64,000 bases of DNA from Candidatus Woesearchaeota archaeon (GTDB taxonomy: Archaea; Nanobdellota; Nanobdellia; Woesearchaeales; UBA11576): contig JBDRET010000030.1 of assembly GCA_043819495.1 (NCBI GenBank), positions 133,463-197,462 on the forward strand, given 5' to 3'. Of this stretch, positions 25,581-34,343 are shown piece by piece. Both the position numbers and the translations under genes were made by a program. The notes beneath the pieces were generated by a model that had not been told where the DNA came from, did not search any database, and was given only the letters and a program-made list of their open reading frames with translations. The stretch's first letter is position 1. The number at the start of each line of letters is the position of its first letter.

Positions 25581-26381
25581 TTACTTTCTTTCCTTTTGCT
25601 CTCTCCTGAGCGTCTTTACATAATCAATTACACTTCCAAATTTATTAAGAAAAGCATATGTCCCTACCCCTACAGCAGGCAGAGATATCAATTCAGGCAA
25701 GTCTAACAACATTGTTGCAGTAACCAATCCTCCAGCAGCCAAACAAGTCAGTGAGTTTCGGAGATATTCTTTCTTAATTGCAGGATTACAAGAATCAGCA
25801 TCAATATACCAGATAGAATCCGCAGAGCGAAAAGTGGATCTATTGACTATTTTTCTTATTATTCTTTCTCTTTCAGTAAAGTAATGGAATTGGGATCCTG
25901 GGTTTTGCGCTTTAAGATATTTTGCATGTATTGCTCCAACGACTACCACTTCTGGTTTTTCCTGTTTACATAGCGCATCCATGTCCTGATTTCTATCTCT
26001 GAAAAGTCTTCCGTTCAGAAATCCAACATATGTTGAGATATAGTCTAGCGTTATAAATTTGAGAAAGTTGTTGTGATACATATCAACTGCTTCATCATAT
26101 GAAAGACCCATCACAGCCCAACGCTTACGGTCACCAGGTATCACCCGAACACCTTTTGATTCATAATAGTCAGCCATCGGGCGGAAGAAAGGATATTCAT
26201 TGCCATCTAATCGTTTATACTCTGGAGGCAATTCAAGCATTATGCTCTCAAGATTTGGGTGATTTTGATCAATATACATAGCAACTACTTGGCTGATCTC
26301 GTTACGGCTGTGTGTTACTCCTATGATTTCCATTCTAACCCCTCTAAAAAGGGTTTCTGGGTGATTTATAATGTTTTTCAT
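25581..26381 (-). CDS. Membrane protein, possibly Tiki/TraB/PrgY-superfamily (tentative)
   Basis: IIGVTHSRNEISQVV...IMLELPPEYKR resembles the GxxH...E..R arrangement of TraB-like proteins. C-terminal hydrophobic segments. ATG 26381 lies 25 nt from the shared TATA. Confidence 0.6.
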   Translation of the reverse strand: MKNIINHPETLFRGVRMEIIGVTHSRNEISQVVAMYIDQNHPNLESIMLELPPEYKRLDGNEYPFFRPMADYYESKGVRVIPGDRKRWAVMGLSYDEAVDMYHNNFLKFITLDYISTYVGFLNGRLFRDRNQDMDALCKQEKPEVVVVGAIHAKYLKAQNPGSQFHYFTERERIIRKIVNRSTFRSADSIWYIDADSCNPAIKKEYLRNSLTCLAAGGLVTATMLLDLPELISLPAVGVGTYAFLNKFGSVIDYVKTLRREQKERK

Positions 26382-26405
26382 AGGTTAAAAACCAACCAAA
26401 GCAAA

Positions 26406-26416
26406 CTTTAAATATA
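26406..26416. promoter_or_regulatory. Shared near-palindromic TATA in a 68-bp divergent intergenic region
   Basis: CTTTAAATATA lies 25 nt from ATG 26381 (minus) and 34 nt from ATG 26450 (plus, which has AGGGGTG as SD). Confidence 0.5.
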
Positions 26417-26449
26417 CCCTCCCACTCAACTTCCCTTAGGGGTGTTCTT

Positions 26450-26818
26450 ATGGCCAAAAAGAAGCGTGTAGTCATTGTGGAGGATGAAGTCAATATCGCT
26501 AATGCGCAGAAGATCATCCTTGGTGATGAGTTTGACGTCTCTGTCGCTTATGATGGTGAGTCCGGCCTTGACCTCATCAAGAAGGTCGCTCCTGACCTTG
26601 TAGTTCTTGACCTGATGCTCCCAAACAGGGGCGGCTATGATGTGTGCTTCAGCATGCGCCAGGATGATTCTCTTAAAGACATCAAGATAATAATGGTCAC
26701 TGCATTGAACCAGCAGTTGGATAAAGAAAAAGGGGTGATGGTAGGCACGGATGCGTACCTCACGAAACCATTTGAGCCTGAACAGTTGTTGAAAGCTGTG
26801 AGGGACCTATTGTCATGA
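26450..26818 (+). CDS. CheY-like response regulator (receiver domain only)
   Basis: VVIVEDE, DLVVLDLMLP (phospho-acceptor Asp), IIMVTAL and YLTKPF. Confidence 0.92.
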   Translation: MAKKKRVVIVEDEVNIANAQKIILGDEFDVSVAYDGESGLDLIKKVAPDLVVLDLMLPNRGGYDVCFSMRQDDSLKDIKIIMVTALNQQLDKEKGVMVGTDAYLTKPFEPEQLLKAVRDLLS

Positions 26819-28287
26819 CCTTTACAGCATTACTGCACGGGTTCTTCAATTTCTTAGGGACTACCGAAGGTGAGCTTCTCAAGACGACAATAGAGCTGAT
26901 ATTCTTCACGATAGTCACTTACATGATTGTTTCTGAATGGACGCGCAACCGCAAGCGTGAGTTGCGTTTCCTGATCATAGCTTTTGCGACTCTTGTGGCA
27001 AACAAGCTTATTGCAGTGTATTTCATGGCGGCATTTGTCTTCACTGATGCTCCTGCCAGTTTTACGACACTGTCGTTGGTGGATAACTTCTTTGAGATAT
27101 TTGCTTTGTTCCTTGTTGCGAATGCTTTTGTTTATCCGATACTGCGGCAGAAAGGGCTCAATGCAAAGAGATTCATGGCTGATCATTTCCTGCTGCTTGC
27201 AGGTGTCAGTTTCGTCTTTTGCATATTTGCACTTTCAATCATAGACCTGTCCGGAGGGTCTCTACGTGATTTCTGGTCCAACACGAGCATCAATGTGGCA
27301 GAGGTTGTGATACTGCTGTACTATGCAGGGTACATACTTGTCAATTCTGATTATGACCTGAAGTATGAGCTCAATATAGTTGTGGCGTTCATAGTCTACA
27401 CAATAACTCCGGTGATAGAATTGTTCAACATCATTCTGTATGATAATATGAACCGTTCACTTGCTGTTGCAGGTCAGCCTTTCCCGTTCATATCGATACT
27501 CCTCTTCACCCAGGTGATATACTTGAAACTCGTCGATAAGGCGACATTGAAGGACCGTCTGAAAAAGTCAGAGCAGCTCTATGCGCAGGAGAAAGAAGTA
27601 TCTAAGATGAAGGATGAATTCATATCTACAGTCTCCCATGAGCTCAAGACCCCTCTCACTTCAATGAAGCTGTACTCCAGCCTGCTGCGTGACGGAAAGC
27701 TTGGGTCAGTGAGACCGAAGCAGAAAGATGCGCTACGTGTTGTCGGTGAGGAGATTGACCGTCTCAATGGCTTGATAACAGATCTTCTTGAGCTGTCAAG
27801 GTTGCGGTCAAAGAAAGTCAAGCTGGAATTGTCTGAGTTTGACCTTCATAAGCTTGTCAATGATAAGCTTTACATCAACATGGCGCGGAAACATAAGATA
27901 AAGACAATCATTGATGTCCCAAAGAAGTTCTTTGTTGTCGCTGATAGAGACAAGGTAAAACAGGTATTCATCAATCTTTTCAATAATGCAATCAAGTTCA
28001 CCGAACCTAAAGGGACGATCAGGGTTGTGGCAAAGATGCATGAGAAGAGCTGGGAGTTCTGCATCATAGATGATGGTAAGGGCATAGAGCAGGATAAGAT
28101 AGAGAAATTGTTTGATCAGTTCTATCAGGTTGAGGATCTGATGACCCGTACCAAAGGAGGGTTCGGGCTTGGCCTCTCTATAGTCAGGGGAATTGTTGAT
28201 CTTCACAAGGCAAAGATAGAAGTTAAATCAAAGTTGGGTGAAGGGACGGCAGTCTGTATGCTTTTTCCTAAGCTGACAATGTATTGA
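26815..28287 (+). CDS. Membrane sensor histidine kinase
   Basis: ATGA overlap with the regulator gene. About 7 N-terminal TM helices. H-box FISTVSHELKTPLTSM, N-box LFNNAIKFT, then IIDDGKGI and GGFGLGLSIV. Confidence 0.92.
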   Translation: MTFTALLHGFFNFLGTTEGELLKTTIELIFFTIVTYMIVSEWTRNRKRELRFLIIAFATLVANKLIAVYFMAAFVFTDAPASFTTLSLVDNFFEIFALFLVANAFVYPILRQKGLNAKRFMADHFLLLAGVSFVFCIFALSIIDLSGGSLRDFWSNTSINVAEVVILLYYAGYILVNSDYDLKYELNIVVAFIVYTITPVIELFNIILYDNMNRSLAVAGQPFPFISILLFTQVIYLKLVDKATLKDRLKKSEQLYAQEKEVSKMKDEFISTVSHELKTPLTSMKLYSSLLRDGKLGSVRPKQKDALRVVGEEIDRLNGLITDLLELSRLRSKKVKLELSEFDLHKLVNDKLYINMARKHKIKTIIDVPKKFFVVADRDKVKQVFINLFNNAIKFTEPKGTIRVVAKMHEKSWEFCIIDDGKGIEQDKIEKLFDQFYQVEDLMTRTKGGFGLGLSIVRGIVDLHKAKIEVKSKLGEGTAVCMLFPKLTMY

Positions 28288-28404
28288 CTATGTTCTAAAA
28301 AACAAATCCGAACGTTTATATGTCCTATTTACCATATTATTTCTGGAGATTCGTAAAACATTCCAATTTGGGTTTAATGCCTGTGTATATATCTCCAAGT
28401 TGGA

Positions 28405-28707
28405 ATGACCAGAAATCCGTATGAAAGCATAGCTTTCAGGATTTCTCGTTTATTCGCTACAGGTGGTGTCATGAGAGATGATCTTGAGATATTGCTGAAT
28501 CATGAGTTTCTAGACCCTTCTATAATCAAATGGAAGGAAGACAGGGAAAAGAGGCGCAAGGAGCAGTATGAGCGGGAACAGCCTCGCCTTCCAGTGCCGG
28601 GCTCTGAGCCTTATGAGCGCATACCTATTTATGAACCTGAAGAAGATAAGAAGAAGATTCCTGGCCACAGGGTCTGGGAATACCAGCTGGGTCCTGCGCA
28701 TGATTGA
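28405..28707 (+). CDS. Hypothetical 100-aa charged protein
   Basis: ORF only. TATA TTTATATG at 28315-28322. No recognisable motif. Confidence 0.4.
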   Translation: MTRNPYESIAFRISRLFATGGVMRDDLEILLNHEFLDPSIIKWKEDREKRRKEQYEREQPRLPVPGSEPYERIPIYEPEEDKKKIPGHRVWEYQLGPAHD

Positions 28708-28727
28708 TTCTTTGCAGTATTATCTAT

Positions 28728-29342
28728 TCAGTTCTTCTGTGTTGTCTTGACCGCGAACTGATAGTCGAGCAGGGTAGGATTTTTTGACTTTTTCTGTTTT
28801 TCAAGCGTGAAGAGTATCACTGCGCCGACTAGTGAAAGGACACCAACTAGAGCAAAAGTATACCTGAATCCGATGAATTGGGCTATCGCAGCCCCTCCTG
28901 CAGCAGTAAGTGCAGTGCCTATACCTGTAAATGTGGAGTACAGGCTCCATTCGAAGCTCTCTTTCTTCTTGTCCAGGTTTATGCTCCATAGACCAAGCCA
29001 GGTCGGGAATGTGAGTCCGCTACCTATACCGAGTATGAACTGTGCCAAGAATATGTGGTAGATGTTGGTTGCGAACATGTATATGAACGGCACTGTGGTG
29101 CATATTGCCGCACCTATCACCAGCCATTTGACCTTGTTGTCATGCTTGTCGACATACTTTGAGAATGGGAGCTGTACAGAGCATTTGACGAGAAGGAACA
29201 GCGTGCTTGCAAGGCCTGCCATGAAGATGGTTCCCCCTGCCAGGTTTTCCTTGATGAATATGGCTAGGATAGGATCTATCAGGCCGAATCCTGTGACTAT
29301 GAATATGTCTGCAAGCATCAGTAACTTTATGGTCCGGTTCAT
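28728..29342 (-). CDS. Half-size (6-TM) MFS-like transporter
   Basis: 204 aa with about six hydrophobic helices and an MFS-like loop SKYVDKHDNKVKW after TM2. Roughly half the normal MFS length. Confidence 0.6.
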   Translation of the reverse strand: MNRTIKLLMLADIFIVTGFGLIDPILAIFIKENLAGGTIFMAGLASTLFLLVKCSVQLPFSKYVDKHDNKVKWLVIGAAICTTVPFIYMFATNIYHIFLAQFILGIGSGLTFPTWLGLWSINLDKKKESFEWSLYSTFTGIGTALTAAGGAAIAQFIGFRYTFALVGVLSLVGAVILFTLEKQKKSKNPTLLDYQFAVKTTQKN

Positions 29343-29546
29343 CTTTTCTCAGTATGATAGCAATGATCTCCGTCGAGGACCTCACTAATAGAGTCATCCT
29401 TATTAGATTTATCGTTCTGGATGTTTGAGATATTTTCTTTGTATCGCAAGGGCAGAACTCTTTAGATTCCTGTTTAAACAGTTTTATCTGAGGTTTATGC
29501 TGTTTTTAAAGAAGATTTAGTCATTTGACTGCTTAAATAACTAAAC

Positions 29547-29556
29547 CTTTAAATAT
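29547..29556 (+). promoter_or_regulatory. TATA box for tRNA-Thr
   Basis: CTTTAAATAT ends 30 nt before tRNA position 1. Confidence 0.5.
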
Positions 29557-29585
29557 GATCAGAATTGGCATTTTATTTGATTTTT

Positions 29586-29658
29586 GCCTCCTTGGCTTAG
29601 TCGCTATAGCGCGTGCTTGGTAAGCACGAGGTCCCGAGTTCAAATCTCGGAGGAGGCT
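29586..29658 (+). tRNA. tRNA-Thr(GGU): tRNA-Thr (anticodon GGU)
   Basis: Acceptor GCCTCCT/AGGAGGC. Anticodon arm CGTGC-TTGGTAA-GCACG. T-arm CCGAG-TTCAAAT-CTCGG. Discriminator T. The D-loop (AGTCGCTA) lacks the usual GG pair. Confidence 0.88.
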
Positions 29659-29663
29659 TTAAG

Positions 29664-29692
29664 ACTGGAGGTTAGGTTTCCTGGCCTCCAGT
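29664..29692. terminator. Hairpin between convergent tRNA-Thr and the Lrp gene
   Basis: ACTGGAGG-13 nt-CCTCCAGT, an 8-bp stem. Confidence 0.35.
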
Positions 29693-29710
29693 GATTTAAG
29701 ATCCTGATAT

Positions 29711-30181
29711 TCAATCCAGTGCAAGGCAAAGGTCATCCTTGAATATCTTTGAGACGACTATTCCTCCTCCGTTGATGACATATTTTCTAAGAAGAGCCAT
29801 CTTATTATGATAATCAGGTATGCTGTTGGCACGCACCTTTATGAGTATGTCCTTCTCGCCAATGAGAAAATACACCCCCTGTACAAAATCAAACGAGGCT
29901 ATCTTTTTGCAGGGGATTGAAGGGTTCTCAAGATTGCCGAGATTGGCCAGTACGAACACGAGCACATCATTGCCGACCTTCTCAGGATCAAGCTGAGGCA
30001 TATATCCCTTTATGGTGCCAGACTTCTCCATGCTTGCAATCCTGTCCCTGACTGTAGATGGAGGTTCATGCACCCTGTGAGCTATCTTGGTCACCTGCGG
30101 CACGACGAGCTTCTGCTCTTGCATGACCTTCAGTATCTTCCGGTCCTTATCTTTCAATCCTTCTGTTTTCGTCAATTCCAC
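29711..30181 (-). CDS. Lrp/AsnC-family transcriptional regulator
   Basis: DRKILKVMQEQKLVVPQVTKIAHRVHEPPSTVRDRIASMEKSGTIKGY (wHTH) followed by a RAM-like C-terminal domain. Start set at GTG 30181 because the longer ORF would run through the TATA box at 30195-30210. Confidence 0.8.
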   Translation of the reverse strand: MELTKTEGLKDKDRKILKVMQEQKLVVPQVTKIAHRVHEPPSTVRDRIASMEKSGTIKGYMPQLDPEKVGNDVLVFVLANLGNLENPSIPCKKIASFDFVQGVYFLIGEKDILIKVRANSIPDYHNKMALLRKYVINGGGIVVSKIFKDDLCLALD

Positions 30182-30194
30182 GGAAAAAGACCTT

Positions 30195-30227
30195 TTTTTA
30201 TATAAATATTTCGCTAAATGAGCGAAA
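30195..30227. promoter_or_regulatory. Divergent promoter (TATA) plus palindromic candidate operator
   Basis: TTTTTATATAAATATT (30195-30210), followed by TTTCGCT-aaatg-AGCGAAA (30209-30227), which abuts ATG 30228. Confidence 0.5.
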
Positions 30228-31589
30228 ATGTATTTAAGAAATCCGCACAATGCAATGACCTGGGTGAACACACAGATGCAATCAGCGATACTGCAGGATG
30301 AACAAGAACATCTTATTCAAGGCAAAAAAAGGGTCTTAGGGTTTCTTTCAAGCAGAGGCAGAGCCATAGAGTTTCCCAAACAAGGGATAATAGCGCAAGC
30401 AAAGGATGCCAAGGGAAAAAGCATCAACGCAACGATAGGCATGGCCTGTGAAGACGACCTCAGCCCGATGAGGCTCCAGTCAATCGCAAAGAATGTGTTG
30501 CTTGCGCCTGAAGAGATTTTCACTTATGCGAGCAGCTTCGGAAAGCCAGAGCTTAGGGAAGCATGGAAAAGAAGCATGCTACAGAAGAATCCTTCATTGA
30601 CAGGCAGCATAAGCATGCCCCTGCCGACAAACGCACTCACACACGCACTTAGCATAGCAGGATATCTTTTCGCAGATGAAGGAGATAAGATGATACTGCC
30701 GAGCATATTCTGGGGAAACTACCGACTGATATTTGAAAAAGCATACGGCACAGTGTTTGACACATACGATATGTTTGACTCTGCGCGAGGCAGGCTTGAC
30801 ATTGAATCATTTAGGGAAAAGCTTTCAGAATGCAGAGGAAAGAAGATAGTCCTGCTCAATTTCCCTCATAATCCGACAGGATACTCTCCATATACAGACG
30901 AGGTGCAAGCGATTGTCAGTATACTGAAGCGACAGGCAGAGACAGGAGACAGGATAATCGCAATATGTGACGACGCATATTTTGGGCTCACATACAAGGA
31001 AGGAGTATACAAGGAATCGATATTCTCACAGCTCGCGGATGCCCACGAGAACATACTCGCAGTCAAGATAGACGGAGCATCAAAAGAGGACTACGCCTGG
31101 GGGTTAAGAGTAGGTTTCATGACATTCGGCTGCAAAGGAGTGGGAGCAGATGGTTATCTGATGCTGGAGGAGAAAGCAGCAGCAGTCATTAGAGGCAATA
31201 TATCAAATGTATCGAACCTGTCACAATCGCTGATATGCCATGCCCTGAACGATCCAGAATACGTGCAGGAAAAACAAGAGAAGAACAGGATACTGAAGAG
31301 ACGCTTCCTTGCAGCAGAGATGGCACTGCAGGAACAGGCATATAGGGAATTTTTCACACCACTACCATACAACTCAGGATATTTCCTGTGCATCATGCTC
31401 AAGAAAGGGATAGAACCAGAGAATGTCAGGCAGATACTATTGAACAGATATGATACAGGGGTGATATCTCTGAAGGAGTCATTGAGAATATCATTCGCAA
31501 GCGTGCCTGAAGGTAAGATGGAAACTCTGTTCCACAACATATACGATGCATGCAAAGAAGCAGATGGACAGGGAGGGGACAAAAGATGA
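30228..31589 (+). CDS. Class I/II PLP-dependent aminotransferase
   Basis: LLNFPHNPTGYSP and KIDGASKEDYAWGLRVGF (PLP lysine in SK...R context). Leaderless spacing from the TATA. Internal ATGs at 30255 and 30276 are alternative starts. Confidence 0.85.
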   Translation: MYLRNPHNAMTWVNTQMQSAILQDEQEHLIQGKKRVLGFLSSRGRAIEFPKQGIIAQAKDAKGKSINATIGMACEDDLSPMRLQSIAKNVLLAPEEIFTYASSFGKPELREAWKRSMLQKNPSLTGSISMPLPTNALTHALSIAGYLFADEGDKMILPSIFWGNYRLIFEKAYGTVFDTYDMFDSARGRLDIESFREKLSECRGKKIVLLNFPHNPTGYSPYTDEVQAIVSILKRQAETGDRIIAICDDAYFGLTYKEGVYKESIFSQLADAHENILAVKIDGASKEDYAWGLRVGFMTFGCKGVGADGYLMLEEKAAAVIRGNISNVSNLSQSLICHALNDPEYVQEKQEKNRILKRRFLAAEMALQEQAYREFFTPLPYNSGYFLCIMLKKGIEPENVRQILLNRYDTGVISLKESLRISFASVPEGKMETLFHNIYDACKEADGQGGDKR

Positions 31590-32503
31590 ACAAGATAACG
31601 ATAGTCGGAGCAGGAGGTGTAGGAGCGCAGACAGCATTTTACGCAGGACTAAATGATCTGGGAGAGATAGTCCTTGTCGACGTGGTCGAAGGGCTGGCGC
31701 AAGGTAGGGCACTTGACATACAGCAGGCAATGGCGCTCGCAGGATCTGATGCGAAGCTGATAGGCACCAATGACTACTCGCTCACAAAAGACTCTGACAT
31801 AATAGTCATAACAGCAGGACTTGCAAGGAAGCCAGGTATGAGCAGAGACGACCTAAGGGAGATCAACATGAAGATAGTCACGGAAGTTGTAAAGAGATCG
31901 GTTGAACAATCTCCTGACGCGATAATCATAGTTGTCACAAACCCTCTTGACGCAATGGTCAAGCTAGCATACAAGGTAAGTGGATTCCCAAAACAGAGAG
32001 TGATAGGCATGGCAGGAGTGCTTGACAGCGCAAGGTTCAAGAGTTTCCTTGCACAGGAATCAGGAGCCAGCGTAAGAGATGTCGAAGCGATGGTGCTCGG
32101 TGGTCATGGAGACACAATGGTCCCCCTTGCAGAACATTGCAGGATAAAAGGCAAGCCTGCAAGGGACGTGCTCAGCGAAGAGAAAGTCTGTGAGATAGTT
32201 GAACGGGTCAAGAATGGAGGGGCAGAGATCGTCGGGATGCTCAAGACAGGAAGCGCAATATTCGCACCAGCACTATCAGTAGTCACGATGATAGGATCAA
32301 TACTCCTTGACAAGAAACAGGTTCTCCCATGCTCAGTGCTGCTAGAAGGAGAATATGGTACACATGACCTCTTCATAGGCGTGCCTGCAGTTCTCGGCAG
32401 GAAAGGGGTAGAAGACATAATAGAATTCAAGTCGGCAGAGAATGAAAGAGAGGCATTCAGGAGATCAGTGGAGCACATAAGCCATCTTGTAGAGAATATA
32501 TGA
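31586..32503 (+). CDS. mdh: Malate dehydrogenase (LDH-like MDH family)
   Basis: MNKITIVGAGGVGAQTAF (Rossmann), ITAGLARKPGMSRDDL, VVTNPLD and LGGHGDTMVPL. Its ATG overlaps the upstream stop (ATGA). Confidence 0.9.
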   Translation: MNKITIVGAGGVGAQTAFYAGLNDLGEIVLVDVVEGLAQGRALDIQQAMALAGSDAKLIGTNDYSLTKDSDIIVITAGLARKPGMSRDDLREINMKIVTEVVKRSVEQSPDAIIIVVTNPLDAMVKLAYKVSGFPKQRVIGMAGVLDSARFKSFLAQESGASVRDVEAMVLGGHGDTMVPLAEHCRIKGKPARDVLSEEKVCEIVERVKNGGAEIVGMLKTGSAIFAPALSVVTMIGSILLDKKQVLPCSVLLEGEYGTHDLFIGVPAVLGRKGVEDIIEFKSAENEREAFRRSVEHISHLVENI

Positions 32504-32602
32504 TCTCTTAGGATCAGAAGACTGCAGATCACTCAGGATTTGAAGTCTCTAAGGAGGCTTTAATCCAAGAAAAGAAATGATTTATACAAAGTCGACCAAT
32601 GC

Positions 32603-32764
32603 TCACATCTGTCCTGTTTCGTTGAACTTCTTCATGAGCCTTTCAACAATGATGTTCGGTGCGTAGCCTTTCTTTACGCATGCCTTGACAAACTCATCAT
32701 ATGTCGGCTTGTCTATGTTGTAATCAATCCTGACCTTTTGCGGTCCTTTTGGAGTTGCTGCCAT
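32603..32764 (-). CDS. 53-aa ribbon-helix-helix-like protein (below the ORF-track cutoff)
   Basis: MAATPKGPQKVRIDYNIDKPTYDEFVKACVKKGYAPNIIVERLMKKFNETGQM, a beta-strand plus two helices pattern. GGTGAT lies 6 nt before the ATG, and a TATA-like ATATATAAAC lies about 30 nt upstream on the minus strand. Confidence 0.55.
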   Translation of the reverse strand: MAATPKGPQKVRIDYNIDKPTYDEFVKACVKKGYAPNIIVERLMKKFNETGQM

Positions 32765-32852
32765 ATTGTATCACCAGGGTTGAAGCATGACTGGTTGTTT
32801 ATATATGTTCCTTGACCATTAGGAAGAATTTACTCTTTTTTCTATGGACTGT

Positions 32853-33602
32853 TCAGACCGTTCTCTGCACTAACGTAGGATGATGTTTGACTATATTCCC
32901 TTTGCTGTAGTGCTTGAACACATCTACCTTCAGGACAGTATCTTTTCTTGTATCTATGTTAAGCTTAGAGAACTGGGTTATTGTCTTAAAACTATCCATC
33001 TCTCTGAATGCTACTAGTATGAATTTGTATGCCTTGTTTTTCACCTGGGCATATATCTCGAATCTTACGATGTCTGCAACGTATGCCTGTATAGGGGATC
33101 CATTATTATCGTAAGTGTTTATCGATCCGCTGTCTGCATAGTATATGTCAGATTCGATACTGCTTGCACCTTGTCTCTTGAGATAATCCTGTGTGACTTT
33201 CCACGCTTCTCTGTATTCAAGCTCAAAGCTCCTTGGAGGTTTTGCGTCTTTTATGTTGCAGAACATGCCTGCTGCGGCCTTGACGCCCACTGCATTCTTG
33301 TTCAATACTGCTTCAAGTCCGGAGATCTGGAATACGCCGCGTTTCTCATCTGATGTCAGTCCGTCAAGGGATATCTGCTGTCTGGCAGCAGGTTTTGCTG
33401 CTTTTTTAGGCTGTTCTTCTTTACTCTCTATTATTGTCTTGAGTGCGTGATATGTGGTGAGATTCCTCTGCTCCTCTTGGTTTTTTTCATCAGTGTCTTT
33501 TTTCAAGCCTACTGATTGCTCTCTCCATTCCGAGAAGTCGAATAGGACGCTGCCACCGTATCTTCTCGTATCCACGTATCTCTTCTTTTCGTCAGAACTC
33601 AT
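32853..33602 (-). CDS. Hypothetical 249-aa protein
   Basis: Own TATA (GTATATATAC on the minus strand) about 22 nt before the ATG. Charged disordered N-terminal half and a beta-rich C-terminal half. No family recognised. Confidence 0.65.
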   Translation of the reverse strand: MSSDEKKRYVDTRRYGGSVLFDFSEWREQSVGLKKDTDEKNQEEQRNLTTYHALKTIIESKEEQPKKAAKPAARQQISLDGLTSDEKRGVFQISGLEAVLNKNAVGVKAAAGMFCNIKDAKPPRSFELEYREAWKVTQDYLKRQGASSIESDIYYADSGSINTYDNNGSPIQAYVADIVRFEIYAQVKNKAYKFILVAFREMDSFKTITQFSKLNIDTRKDTVLKVDVFKHYSKGNIVKHHPTLVQRTV

Positions 33603-33725
33603 TTTCCTTTAGCGAAGTCCAGTATATATACGCGGGCAGAGATTAAAAAGCTTGTTTCAGGGCATTTGTTCAGGACGCTAAAAACATCTGCTAAGTTGGC
33701 AGAATGAGAAGAATAATATTAATTG

Positions 33726-34343
33726 CTATTCTTGATCAGAGGCAGATAATGCCTCGCTCAATTTCCTGATTATATCATTTATATTCCGTCTGCTTAGCTT
33801 TTGGTTGAGCTCTATCTCTATGCCTGCGTAGTCTTTCCTCTTATTGCGTCGGGTAGTGGTCAGGCCTTGTGATACTCCTTTGTATGGGTAGTTCATGCGG
33901 ACTTTATGCCCTTGGAGAGCTTTTTTGAAGCGCATGCAGAGCAATCTCTCGTTCTCACGTGAAGGATCATATAATAGCCCGATATCTGCTTTACGCACAA
34001 CCCCTTTCAGCACCGGGGTGAATGAGTGCATCGATATATGTATTCGTCTCTTGTCTCTGATCACTCTCTTCCGCCATAGTCTGTGGTAATCTGCGATCTT
34101 CGCATCGATACATACGTAGCTTGATGTTGGCCTGTCTCTGTTGAGGTCTGCAATGAGCCTTGTCATGCTGCCGACCAATAGCCTGCCAGAAGTCAATTGT
34201 GCAAGCCGCTCCGCTGCATATAGTGCGTTCTTGTCATATGCATTATGCGTGTTCAAGATTCCTTTAGGTATGGAATATCCCTTCGGCACATGGTTACTTG
34301 CGTGCTCGCAGGTTATCAGAATATGTTCCCTTCTGCCAGGCAT
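33726..34343 (-). CDS. N-formylglutamate amidohydrolase (FGase)-like hydrolase
   Basis: N-terminus HILITCEHASNHVPKGY resembles the FGase-family signature. Overlaps the upstream gene by 28 nt. Confidence 0.6.
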   Translation of the reverse strand: MPGRREHILITCEHASNHVPKGYSIPKGILNTHNAYDKNALYAAERLAQLTSGRLLVGSMTRLIADLNRDRPTSSYVCIDAKIADYHRLWRKRVIRDKRRIHISMHSFTPVLKGVVRKADIGLLYDPSRENERLLCMRFKKALQGHKVRMNYPYKGVSQGLTTTRRNKRKDYAGIEIELNQKLSRRNINDIIRKLSEALSASDQE

